This document shows, piece after piece, positions 28,350 to 41,400 of a DNA stretch of 64,000 bases. Positions within the stretch are counted from its first letter, which is position 1. Each line of letters begins with the position of its first letter. The stretch is from Lepidodermella squamata. Lineage: Eukaryota > Animalia > Gastrotricha. The position numbers and the translations under genes are program-made. The DNA lies in contig JBLDXI010000055.1 of assembly GCA_047495785.1 (NCBI GenBank), forward strand, positions 186,001-250,000, read 5' to 3'. The notes under the pieces were generated by a model. It had not been told where the DNA came from, made no database searches, and saw nothing but the letters and a program-made list of their open reading frames with translations.

Positions 28350-28835
28350 AATAATGCAAATAGTATTTTTCTCAAACTGGAACACTTTATCTTCAATGTC
28401 AAAGACACAATATGTATATTTTGTAAGGATACGGTTACTTTTCGCCTCATGGCAAACCATCTATCTTATTTTTGCACAGGGGTCACTAGTCATGACCCTG
28501 TCAGAATTTTTAGTAACAATCAGAGCACCATAAAGAATACCCTTATTTTCCTCAAACGCCTAGCCTTACATGTATCTAGAGCCACAACTATTGTCTAAGG
28601 ATTGGCAAATTGCCTTCGGCACTAGGGCTCTGCCCAATGATTGAATTTGCTTCCCTGGGGACCTCAGGTCCCCAAGGTATGAGGGCAGTACAATATTGCA
28701 ATGGTGCCTTTCGTGTTCTCGCCATTGGGATTCTTCCACTTGTCATTAGAGCCAAGTTGAATGCAGGCCGTTTCGTTTGCAAGCTGATAAAAGTTGTTCC
28801 AAACCATTTTAGTTAGTTAGTTAGTTAGTTAGTTA
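28350..28835 (+). mobile_element. Probable non-LTR retrotransposon 3' remnant
   Basis: Frame encodes CIFC-x10-HLSYFC (CCHC knuckle like LINE ORF2 C-termini) then IFSNNQSTIKNTLIFLK; followed by a structured tail and a (TTAG)n microsatellite. Confidence 0.4.
28809..28835. repeat. (TTAG)6 microsatellite
   Basis: ttagttagttagttagttagttagtta seen directly. Confidence 0.9.
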
Positions 28836-29492
28836 CTCCGATAAAACCTTCTGGTTAGAGAGATACATTTTAACTTTGTCTTGCACTCTTTCCCAAAAAT
28901 CAATCCTCAATCCGTACCTACATGGGTATAATCCGATCCTAGATCCTAGCTGCTAGCTGCAAAAAAGACTTCCTTATTTCCTACAAAATAGAACATGAAA
29001 GCTGACTTCCACTTGTGGTTTCTTCGAGACTATTGTTTTTGAAATGAAGCAACGCCCACAAGACTGTTTTTTTGTCATGCGAACTGTGAACTAAAAACAA
29101 TAAACTTTGAATTTTGAATTTCGAGCCCAGTTATCAAAACTTGGATGGCAATGGCTCCACCAGGCGCCCCTTTGCTCTACTCATTTACTTACTTTAAATA
29201 CCTGATTCGGTTGATATGCACCCCAGCAAATCATAGACGTGGGAAAATTTTAACGCAATGCGCTATCTAAGGTCTCATGTGAGCACCATTAATAATTACT
29301 TGATTCATTCAATGCGCTGTGAGCTGTTAAGGTTCATCTCTGACGATCTTCGTAAGGGCTACCTGTGTCTGTCTTTATTTTTGTTGGATGATCATCGATT
29401 CGAGCTGGAGATTTGAGATCGCTACGGGCAGATATAGGTAATTACTATTTCAACTGTGTTTAGATTCCAGATCAAATTTTTAACGTATTAAA

Positions 29493-31978
29493 ATGTCTCT
29501 AAGTGACAAATCAGCAGTTGATCCTTTGAGCATTGCTGAGGATTTGCTCTCGAAAAATGCTGCCAACATGAGAACGAACAAAGGTGAAGGTAGTGTTTTC
29601 AAGCTTAACAACAATGTCAGGCTGCCGATATGGTTTTCGGGCAACGATGCCTTCAGTTTGGATTTTTCAGTTAAATCTGAGTCCGAGAAGCCGATGGAAC
29701 CACTGTCGGCTTATCCAGTAAATATTCAGGAAAGAATTTTGCTTAAGGAGCTGATTGGTTGCATGACTGGTGTAAATGGGCAATACATTGACATCGCAGG
29801 CTGTGATGGAAAAATTGTATTTGATATCGATGCATCTGGTGATCCCGCTTTGCGTGAGCTGGCAGAACGTTGCCTATCTATCGCTCCGTATTATTCCAAT
29901 ATTTCAAGCTTCATTGAACGATTTGGGTGGTATGACAGTGGCTTGGTCAATCAGTCACTGGTATCGGGAATAAGGGAAACATTTGAAGATTACCTGCTAT
30001 TTGTTGGACAGCTTGAAAGTCAATATGTGACTGGTACGTTGACATTGCAGCGAATGTTCTACTTTGTGGAACAGGTAAAGCCAGTTCTAGTGCTCCTGGA
30101 CGGCGTTTGTAACAATGTCAAGTCTGGGAAAACTTACGGAGGTCGAACTCTTGCAGTGCTTCAAACCCTCATGGACTCATGTGACGGCCAAGCAACGGCT
30201 TTGTCTCTGCTGAATCATCTAGCATCGAAGGCCAGCGTTCCTTTATTTAAAATGGTACAAAATTGGATCAGCAGAGGAGTAATTTGCGACCCATACGGCG
30301 AATTTTTCATCCAAGAAAACAAAAATATGACCGAGAAGGACAAGATGGGTGACGTATTTCCCGAAACATGTTGGGAGAAGCAATACACCATTCGGGACGA
30401 ATTGGTCCCTCCTACATTAGAATCATTCAAGAAGAAAATTTTAGACACCGGGAAATATATCAATGTTTTGCGTGAATGCGGCACCGTTTACAATTTTCCG
30501 TCAGAGAAGGAGCTGGTTTTTGGTGACGGAGTTCATGAATATGGCAAAATTATTGACGACGCTTTTCGCTTCAGCAGTAGAATGGTAGTCAACGTTCTGC
30601 TGGATAAGTACAACCTCACCGCGCATTTGAAATCGCTAAAACGATTCTTTTTACTTGAATCTGGCGACTTCGGCACCATGTTTCTAGACCTCGCCGAAGA
30701 TGAGCTGTGCAAATCTCGCAACGACACCTGGACATCTAGACTTCAGATGCTAGTCGACCTCGCAGTCCAGTCCAGTTCTTGTGCGGCTGATCCGAACGGA
30801 GAGTTTATTCGAGCGGAAATTAAGCAAAGCTTCATTTTGCAACTTCTCCGCGTGTTGTCGTTCGAGTCTAACATCGAACAGGCGAAACAGCATGCCGAAA
30901 TCGAGGAATTGAACCCTACCGTGTTCGAATCATTCAGCCTGAACTTTGACGTCAAGTGGCCGTTGAGTATTATTACCAACCAGCGTGTGATTTTATCGTA
31001 TCAGTTATTGTTCCGCCATCTTTTCTATTGCAAGCTGATCGAACACCAGCTTTGTTCCGTTTGGCTTGGCAATAAATATCTCAAAATATGCGCCATTCGC
31101 GACGCTAGGTGGTACGCAATGGTTTTTGCTCTGCGAAATCGTATGCTGGCCTTCGTCCAAAACTTGATTCATTATACGACTATCGAGGTTATTGAACCGC
31201 ACTGGAGAGCTTTCGAGCAAAAGATGCGCAAAGTTCAAACGCTAGGAGAAGTTCTAACCCTGCACCAAGACTTCCTTGCTGCTTGTTTGACCGATTCGTT
31301 GCTTCTGAATTTGGATTTCTGCCGAATGTTGTATAAGCTTCTTAGCGCCTGTGTCGTTTTTACCAATCACATTCGGGTGAGTCTATGATCATTATTTTTG
31401 ATACTAAAGTGCATATTTAAAATTTTTAGTCGATAAGTCAATCAACTCTTGAAGTTCCTATTCCCGCTCCGACTGGAGCCGGGTCAGCCAGGATGCGAAT
31501 TCAAGTCACGGGAAAAGTCGTAATGTCTCGTTTACACGATTTAGCAGTCGATCCTGAATTCCAATTGTTGATCTCGAAGAAGGAGGCCGAGTTCAGGCGG
31601 TTATTTGGCGCGTTCTTGAGTGCGTTAACTAAAGATCCTACTGCTGCCGGTGGACGGCTTATCAATATAATCCAAAGGTCAAAACTCAGGATTGTCCCAT
31701 TAAATCGAATATAGTTCAATTTTCACGTTGTTCAGGATGGATTATAATGGGTTCTATTCGGAGGACGCTAATTTACACGCTAATACTGAGGAAAAATCGG
31801 TTTTCGATCACGATTCAAGCGCGTTGGCTGGTAAGAAATCATTCAAGCGTTAATTAATCGCTTCTTAATAACGTAATTCCACCATATAGGTAACGCAACT
31901 GTCTCTGGAGGTCTAGCTGCGGGCGGAGGGTCCCTATTCGACATTTCCGCTGTTTCTTCGCTGCAATCTGATATTTGA
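29493..31978 (+). CDS. TUBGCP2: Gamma-tubulin complex component 2
   Basis: QERILLKELIGCMTGVNGQYI, ILDTGKYINVLRECG, FDVKWPLSII..YQLLFRHLFYCK, EVIEPHW, RMDYNGFY; 4 exons; true start may lie further upstream. Confidence 0.92.
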
Positions 31979-32493
31979 TGTGACACGATCTCAACTTCGT
32001 TAACAAGCTATTTCTTATTGACCCGCTGAGAATTCGCGCTTTGCCATGCTAGCGTGTGTATGTCGCGCTCTCTTTTTCTGCTCATGACACTTATTACCAA
32101 ATATTATTGCATTGTTCATTCTTCTTTCGTTTTATTATCATCAATCAAATTCACAATAAAATGCTGCATTTCGGTTAATTGATCGATTTTTTTCGCAACT
32201 ATTCACGGCAGCTACCGTTGCGTGCCCCTCGAATTTCTGAGAGTAATTCCTAATGTTGGCGTTCGCGTGCCACTTTTACGTTCCTTACCTAAATAATGTT
32301 AATGAAAGTTCAACATTTTTGACTCGGAGATGTGCGTGCGACTGACTGCGTGTTGCTGCGGACGACGTCGACAAGCAATCAGCGTTTGTTTGTTTTCAAG
32401 GAGCGTCGTGACTTCATGTGTCAAAATTATTTCTCAATTACGATATTTTGACTCAAATTCCTCTTCAACTTGACTGTTTAATTTGCTACTGAA

Positions 32494-35400
32494 ATGGGAT
32501 CTACACCTTCGACGCCAGCGAAGGGGATGACTGCGAAAAAGCCTCCGACCGCGGCGCAACGTCCGAGCGTTGTAATAACTGGTGAAAGGCGAATGACGAT
32601 GTCACCCGATCAAAGAGGCTTTCCCGCGAAATTCAGCGCGCTCTGGGATAAAGCCGGTGAGAAAAACAGTTAGGTATCAAATTCTGATTTTATCCAGTCG
32701 ATTTTTAGAGGAGGGCAGCACTGCATCAGTTACGATGACTAAGCAGAATGGGTTTTCTCAGACGAAGATAAATCTGCCCATCTTGAAAACTTTGAATGTG
32801 AGCTGGTCAGAACCTGGCGCAGAAGAAGGCATTGGACTCAGACAAATCGCTTTTGATGGTGATAAATTCGTGGCAGTCCGGGACGGTTGGACCAGTGGCA
32901 TTTTACGTTCTCAAGCAAATGTCACTTTCAAATTTGGCGTCGAGGGCGAGGTTAAGCTGGCTAGGTTTGTTTACACTGCTTTCCTTATACTTCATTGTCA
33001 TTCGATTATTGTGAAGCGTCGGAATTCGATCTACGCCACTGTCGGTTAACGTCACAAGGCGAGAAGATATGGTAGTGAATGTTACTGATGACGGTTTCAA
33101 ACCAGCTAACGTCTATATCAACGAAAACACCTGTGTGCTTTTCAAGTGGACTGGATGGTATATTTTTGGATGTGGCAATTCAGGGATTCATTTTTTTTGT
33201 CAATTGTAGCCAAATTTCCCATTCTGTGTGGCCGATCGCCTATTGTCCGGAACATGGAGGCTTGACTTCTTTAGATCCAAATGCTGGAAAGCAAGTTTCA
33301 TTTTGATAAGTCTGTCTCTGTCATTGCGTATTAAACCTATTCTTCAGAAAATACAAAATATCAACAAAAGAAGGCAGTTTCAGCCAACTGTTCACGTATT
33401 TTCTTCCTTTGTTTTATTGACGTTCATAACAGAAGAAATTTCAATTCAGGACGTCCGGAAGCTACTTTTTCTCGACAGAAGCTCGTGATTTTGGCACCAC
33501 CCACACCTGTCTTGTTAATGTCAGACCTTATGAAAAGTAATTGCGTAAGGTTTGACCTAGTTCTCCTCTAGTTTTTGTTTGCCAATATAGAGAGCACACT
33601 ATCAAGCTTTTCGATACGCATTATGATCCGGCTCTTCTTGAAATTGAGCAAGGGGATCGCGTTTGGTGGCAATGGGATAACAAAACGGTTAGGAATTTAT
33701 TTAAGTTTGTTCTACAAAATTTTTACGAAAATTTTTTCAGTGCAAGCGCGTACATTGCCCATTCGAAGTTGAGCTTGGCTACGACGAGTCCGGCGATAGC
33801 CAGCAATTGGCGGAAGATGACGATGAGAATCGCGAGGATGACCCTACAGCTAAACAACAAAAATTTCAGGTTTTTATTGATTTCCCATGTAAAAGGAAAT
33901 GCTTAAATGCCAATATTCCAGTCGAAAAATGGCGGATTTCGGTGGTATGGCCCAAGCAAATGCGGTCTGATGTGTCATATTTTCGACGAGCCCGGGGTTT
34001 ACTTTTACTCCGACTTGTAAGAAGTTTAATGTAGCATGTGTTGTTTTTCTATCACATTGCTTTGAAAGAAATTTCGACAAAATGGCTAATTACATCGGTA
34101 CGATCGTAGTGCGGCCGAAAATTCGGAATTTGCACTTCGTCGAGATTACAAACGCTGGGTTTAAAACCGACAACTTGCGCGTGCAACAGGGGGATCAGCT
34201 TTGGTTCCTATGGGACCCACAAAATACCAAGCGTGACATTATTACGCTGATGGAGTTTGAGAGATGTCTCACCTCATTGGCTGTCCCTGGGGGTACTGTT
34301 TCAGGCTACGACGGTTTATTCTGGCGATCAGCTAATACTATTGAGGAGGAATATAGTTGCAAAAGTAGGTCAACTTTTCCCGAATTTTATGGCTTATATT
34401 GTTTTTATTTTAGTCAAATGCCACCGACCCACTTCATCGTCACTGAAGGTTTTGCTGGCATCTGGCGCTTTTGCTGTCGATTTGCCTCTGACAGGCGTCT
34501 ACCACTTTCGCTTGCCAATCCCGGGCTGCAAAGCTTTATCGGTCATCTGCAACCGGGCTCTTCAAATCAGACCGGTTCGTGTGATGAAAAACAGTTTCAA
34601 ACCAAAGATGCTGATGATAACTCGAGGCGATGTTGTTTGCTGGAGCTGGAGAGAATCCGGTCAACACGTGATTTACCAGGTCTCGAATACTGGTGCTAGA
34701 TTACCGCCCCACAGAGGTGGATTTTATAGTGGACCTAAACGGGGGATGGACTCGGCTTTTCTCTACCAATTCGACCGCCCTGGAGTTTATTACTACTCAA
34801 GTGAAGCTGTAAACGAGGATAATGTTGGAACAATAGTTGTCGTCGATGTTCCGGATGTGATAGAACTGCCCCCTCCTACTCAGGAGTTGATGCTAGGAGG
34901 TATGGCTGTCGTTGTCCGGCAGTGCGATGTTGTTTGCTGGTCGTTCATTACGAGCACCCCGGATGACCTTGAACTCCGGTTTTACAAAGAAGGCAACTGG
35001 CAAGCGTTGCCGGACCCTTTCAACGCAGTTGCAAACGCAGGAGCTGTAACGAAAGACTCGCCTACGCAAGTCAAACGCCGCTGTCTCAACCGCTCAATGT
35101 TAGTAATGGGCGTCGTTCATTACGCAAGCTTAGCATTTCAGAAGAGTGGTCTTACCGGTAATCCGAACGAACCTGGAAGGGTGTCTGTGATTGTCGATCC
35201 TGCGACACCGTGCCATGCTGTCGTTTATTTGAGCGGGAAATACGGGTTTATTCCGTCGAAAATAACCTTACAAATCGGGGACAGCATCATTTTCGATTGG
35301 CGGCGGGGAGAGGGGTCCCCGATTACTGAGCCAGCCACTGAGGCCCACAATGTCTTCCTAGTTTCCAATTTGAATAGTGCGGTATGTCTATATTTAAAAT

Positions 35401-38400
35401 ATTTCGAGCAATATTTTACACTTGCACTTTCAGACTCCCATGTCGGCAATTAGCGCTGATAATCATTTCTTGCATAGCGGCCAGCCCGTGGCCGACAGCA
35501 CGTTTTTGACAACGTTTTCCACTTCTGGAGTCTATACCTTCGCGTCGCAAGGCGCTCCTGGGATGTCATGCACGGTAGAGGTGGTACCAGCACCCGCGCG
35601 TCTCAATCCACCTCAATTTAACACTGTGGATCTAGAACACGATATTCTAGATCAAGGCAAAACAATTACGTTGCGGGCTATGGACGATAACGTTGATTTG
35701 TATTACTCCCTCGATGGCAGTCTCCCACACCCTGCCAATCCGGGTACAGCCGTAAGTGCTTGATCGGCGCTCAATTCAATTACTCAGGCTTAATTCTTTT
35801 CAGAAATATTCTTACAATAGAGGAATAATGCTTACCGAGCCTGGCTTAGTTATTCTTCGGGCAATGGCTGTTAGTCCTTCAGCGATTTGGTCCGAAGTAG
35901 CCACGTCACGCGTGTGGACCGTTGTGCCTAATCAAAATTTTGGCCGAATGCCGCTACCACTGCCAGAGCCAGAACCGGAGGAACTACCGGAGGAAGAAGA
36001 CCTCACAAATAAACTTCAAACGGAGAAGGTAAACAATATTAGCGACTGTGCCATTGTTGAATTTGAAATTATCAAAGGATGCCCATAAATGGAGGACGAT
36101 TACATTGAGTCTTCGCGGCTACCCGTCTTCTCAGCCTGGGTGTGGTGAAATAATCTGGACCGTTGGTGGTATAAAAAATGAATCTGGCGATGGAATAATT
36201 GAAAGTTTTATCGTAAGGATTAAAAAGATCTTTAAAGCTGTCATTAGTCTTCAATTCTTAGCTGCTGATAAATGACGTTTCATACTCTGCCCCGCTTCCG
36301 CCAAGCACTCGAGGCGTGTCGGTGTTTGGTCTTGTAGGCGGGCGAAGCTACGCAATGCACGTTGAAGCTCATCCGATAGGCGCCAGATTTCTTCCGATCA
36401 AATCGAATTCCATTGTTATCAATCTTCCAACTATGATGCCTACATCCGGTGGTCCACTCATGGGTGTCGAGTTCTGCATTGAATCTGATAAATCCGTTCA
36501 GTTGGCTCTTACATGGCCCGTTATAGAGGCATTCAGACCTGACTTGCCTATAGAGGCCTATCAAATTTTCGTTGATGGAAAAAACATCGCGTCTGTAGCA
36601 GTCGAGCAAGCTCCGCCCACTGCAACGACCCACCATCGCTACCTAATTCGCGGCGATTCCTTACCCAGGAAAGGCGAATCTCGCTTTGTTGTTGTTGCGA
36701 AACTATCGAGTAAGTAGTATCATGAATATTTATTCGGTTAATTCATCCTCATTTCGTTTTACAGATCGTAGAGTCTATTCGAATGAGAGGAAAATACGCT
36801 TACCGTTGTTACTGAATGCAATCAGGCCGTTACCACCTAAAAATACCTGGATAGATCTCCTGTCAATAGTCATCGAGGCAGCCGCATTGCAGCTGAATGA
36901 TGACGAAAATGGCGGCCGGAAGATTCGAAGAGACGTAGCCAATTTCCGTGACGAAGGCGACGACGAGAGAGCTAGTAGTGATGATGAGCGTGACCGGGCT
37001 AGCATGCCTGATTACGGCTATGAAGACGACGATTACAATCAAAGACGTCCGAGCAATGCTGAACAGCCTAGTTTTGATGTTCAGAAACCTCGCTCTAGGC
37101 AATCGACGCGATCGAAGCGTAAAGATAGCTCTGCAATGGCTGTTCCAGCGATTTTCGACGACAGCGGCGATATCGATGACCAAGAAGCCTCTGCTCGAAT
37201 TTTACCATCAAAAGTACCCCCATACGCGACAGTTTCAGTACCTGACGAGAGAAGACCTAGCGTTGTTTCGAAATCATCAAAGAAACAAGTGTCTATTCGC
37301 GAGCCGTATGAGGAATTGGCAGCTCCCAGCAATAAGGATGAAGCGGCTTTCGCTGAGTACCAAAATCGACCGAGTTCTCGTGATCGACCTCAAACCTCGG
37401 CTTCGATGGGGAAACGGGAAGAAAGAAGGCAGTCAGTCCAGTCGAACACTAGGGAACGACCGTTATCAAGCGGGCCGAAATATTACGGGGAGGCTATCAA
37501 AACAGTCGAGCCTGGTTACTTTAATTCACCTTTCCCTGCCCCTGCTCCTCTCCCGCCAAAAATGTTATCGAGCGGCCCGGTCGTTCAGCTGCCACCAACA
37601 GCCAGCTCCGCATCACCGAGGCGTTCCAGTAAATCGCAGATGTCAGCTCGCGCGGGCTCGGAAATGACAACCCCAACGACTTCGACTACGTCGTCATTCT
37701 CGTCGCCGAGGGACTATTACCATTCCATTGAGGCTGATAATGCTGGTGAGAACGCGGTCACGTCCAGCCCTAGATTTGCTTTACGGAACAGCTCGCCGTC
37801 ATCCGTAGCTACGACTCTGACGCATCAAAGCATGGTTCCAGGCCGGACGTATTCCTCCACTAGGGAAGCGACTCGATCCGTTGAAAGTCAACAACAGCCG
37901 GTTCAAGCTGCAGCAAAGTTGAGCCGACTGCATCGCGAAGCCGAGATGATTGACATGAGCGCCGCTGAACTGCTGGAAAATGCCCAAACGGTCAATTATG
38001 CTGCCGGGCGAAGAGGTTAGTCCGAATCGAAATAAACAATACAATTTCGATCGATGATTTACTATAATTGCAAACTGATATGTTATGAAAAGGATCATCT
38101 GCCGTGAAAGACATGGGCTTTCCGTCGAATAATTTGCTTGAAGCTTTAGTTGATAGCGAAGATGAAACAATGGTTGAACATGATGAAAGGGCGACTCCTT
38201 TTGTTGATGACAACACCGGTAAAATAACGTGTCCCACCATCGAGTGTTTACTAATTTTTCGTAATTCCATTGTGCATCACTGGTGTTTTCTAATCTCAAC
38301 ATGAATTCAACATTGTTGCTTGTATTTTTTACCAAGCAGAACTCACTGCAACACCCTCGATACCCGCCGCTGATTTGCCGGTACCAATAGTCCAAGTGGT

Positions 38401-41400
38401 AGACGAATCTACGTCTCGAGCAGGCGATTCTTACCTCGGAGGTCAGGTTCTAGTTCGATGGCATTTAGATGGTGCGAAATTGACGTTAATGGAGGAAAAG
38501 GGACTTGATATCAGCGCGTTTTTCTTGAACATCACTGGTCGCGTTTTTGCCGATCGTATCAGCAGTCATATGAGTTTTGACGTTGCGCCTGATGGCCGTA
38601 TGGAAACTGCGACTCCAGACCCTCTCTTGCGCCACCAGTGGGTGTTACCCGGGGCTAGCAGGGCAGATGATGACACTCGCATTACAACGTTTTCACAGCT
38701 CATCGACGGTTTGGTACCTGGAGAAGAATACAGGTTTGATATTGTACCTAATTGTTACTTATTTCAAAATGGATTTTTTTTATTTTAGTGTTGATGTGAT
38801 CTGCGAATTCATTCCTCTACCAAACTACACCGGGCCTAACATTCGCCATCGAGAAGTTACATCTCAATCTGGCTCAGTTCATTTCCGGTGCCAAGGACCC
38901 CCTCCACCGCCAAAACTTGCTGTTCGTGAGGTTGGCATAGGATCTGTAACCTTCAGCTGGGGCCTCGACCAGCCGGACTTTGCAACTGGCTATCGGCTCC
39001 TTATTAATGGAAAACTGTCAAAGAAGCACATGGGGAAAGCTGTGTCGGAATCAACGTTAGATGGCTTAACGCCTGGGACAGTGACTCGAGTTTCAGTAAT
39101 TGCCATCAATGATTACGGTAGCAGTAAACCATCTCGTGAGCTCCGAATCGTTTGCGTCGATAAACCATTATCGCCCGAAATCGAGGAACAGCCGAATTAT
39201 TCGAATGTGAAATCGCGTGGAATTTTGATCGGATGGAGTAATGGCGTCATGTTGCCAGGCTCCCTTTCACCCAGGGTCAATTTATCAGTCTCAAGTTACC
39301 GAGTCTACGTTGACGGTAAGCTAGATGGCATTGTTCGACGGTCAGAATTCGCAGCTAAGCATGGCTACCAATACCTGGTGACAAATGTCATCCCTGGCCG
39401 GAAGTACGAAATCAATGTCCGAGCTGTTGCTGGGGAGGAGCCGCTTGAAAAAAGCGAAGAAAACAACAGCCCATTGCTCATTTCATGCCCCGTAATTTCG
39501 GATACATCCAACCTTCTCGTATGTTCACCACCATCAGCCCCTCAATCGCCTAGGCTGCGGGTTGAGAATATGACAATTTTGGGCATTGACCTTGCCTGGG
39601 ACCCGCCTGCACAGCAATCTATGGTGACTATAACTGGTTTCCAAGTTTTGAAGAACAGCCGTGTTTACGGATCAGCTCTTCCAGCGGAATCTACGGCGAT
39701 AAGAATTCGAGAAGTAACCCTTGGTGAAACAGTGGAGCTTCAACTCATTTCACTGACTGATTCCGCTGCCGGTAGCCTGGCTAGTGCTAGGCGAAGTGAC
39801 TCAGGTGTTTACAGCAACCACGCGATAGAACAGGTCAACGTTGAAAGGCCTCTCGGCGCGAAAATCATCGTCCAGTTTACCCGCCTTATCATGCCACCTG
39901 CCCGGGTTTGGCTGGATAAGATCAGCGGCCGGTCAGCTGTTGTAGCCTGGTCTCATGGTAACGTTGTATTTAATATTGAACTTTAACTATCTCATATTTC
40001 TGAAATAGCGAGCGTGTCCAAAAAGCAACCGCCTAGTCATTTTTCTGTTGCAACTTCGTATCAAATAACTTGGTGGTCCATTGGCGCGGCTAATTCCGCT
40101 GCCATTGCGGCATCACCTGTCGGTTCGACCCCGGCAACGGCTGTTGGTGATGTTTGCAGCCAGTCATTGAAAGCAGCTGTTGATGCCTCAGAGCAATCGT
40201 TTCTGATCGACAACCTTAGAACTGACACAGCTTATACGGTTGTTGTTGAGGGCCGCCTTGAATCTTCATATGTCGAAGTTGTGGAAGGTTTGTAGTAGTT
40301 AAAATTGGTGATATATGTCATGGTTGAATGAAATTTTATTTCAGATGATATTCCTGGCTTGGAGGAGAGACACTCGAGAACGCTTGTTTTATCGGCTAGC
40401 GCTGATCCTATTCGATTCGCTACCGGCCGCCCGCCAGATCCACCTCAAAATCTAGCCGTTCTCTCGACGACATGTCACTCAATCCTGGTTGGGTGGGACC
40501 CTTGCGTGGAACACGGCTGTGAGGTTATCGGAATTCGAGTCGAGTGTGCTCCGATCGAACGTGAAATCATCTCCCCTCACCACATTGTAATGGACCTTTT
40601 ACCCAACGCAACAGAAGCTTTGATTGAAGGTCTAGCCGAGTCCTGCGATTATCGCGTGTCAGTTATCGCTGTGACTCAAGAATTTTTCGACACATTGCCC
40701 TCCAACAGCCGATGGAAGTCTGGAAAATCAGAAACTCTACCGAAAAATCTAACAGAACTAGCTGCTGAATCGCAATGGCTGCCGCGGTCGGTTATCGAAT
40801 GTTCGACTTCTGGAACTTTCGCAGCAGACGAGGTTCGAGTATCGGAGCGGGGTGAAGATTGGTGCAAGGTCGAATGGGGAAAGCCGCCCCGGGTAGTTGG
40901 CACTAACCGATTAGTACGCATTGTAGTTCGTTGGGTTCAATGTGAGCGAGAGGCGGCTGCTGGGCAGGCTGCTGCTGCTGGTCGCGATGATATCAACGAA
41001 GGAAATTTCAGCGACGATGACAATGACGATTTTGCTGTTGAAAACCGACGCAAAGGCCCGCATCAGTCAAACGAGCCTCGTATGGCACTTTGGTCTTCCA
41101 ACGTGGAGATCGAACTGGGCGAAAAGCAAGCTGTCCTACAACACCTGGTACCAGGCACTCAATACCAGGTGGTTATCGAAGCTGTGGTTAGCGTCAAGGT
41201 CAACGTTTCGGCTAATCGAAGCGACCAGGTGGACTATTCAAACCGGCGTACAGTCCATGTCCCGTCAAGACCCGTCAGATTTTGGACGAGGTGTTTCATC
41301 GACCCTATGCCACGACTCCTCTGCTCCTCTTTGAGCATAAGAAGTATTAACGTTACCTGGGAGCGGCCAAATTTGACTAGAATCGTCGGTTTGTCGAAAA

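Noticed and set aside
36948-37667. 239-aa overlapping alternative-frame ORF
   Set aside because: Overlaps a low-complexity exon of the giant gene; no motif or splice support.
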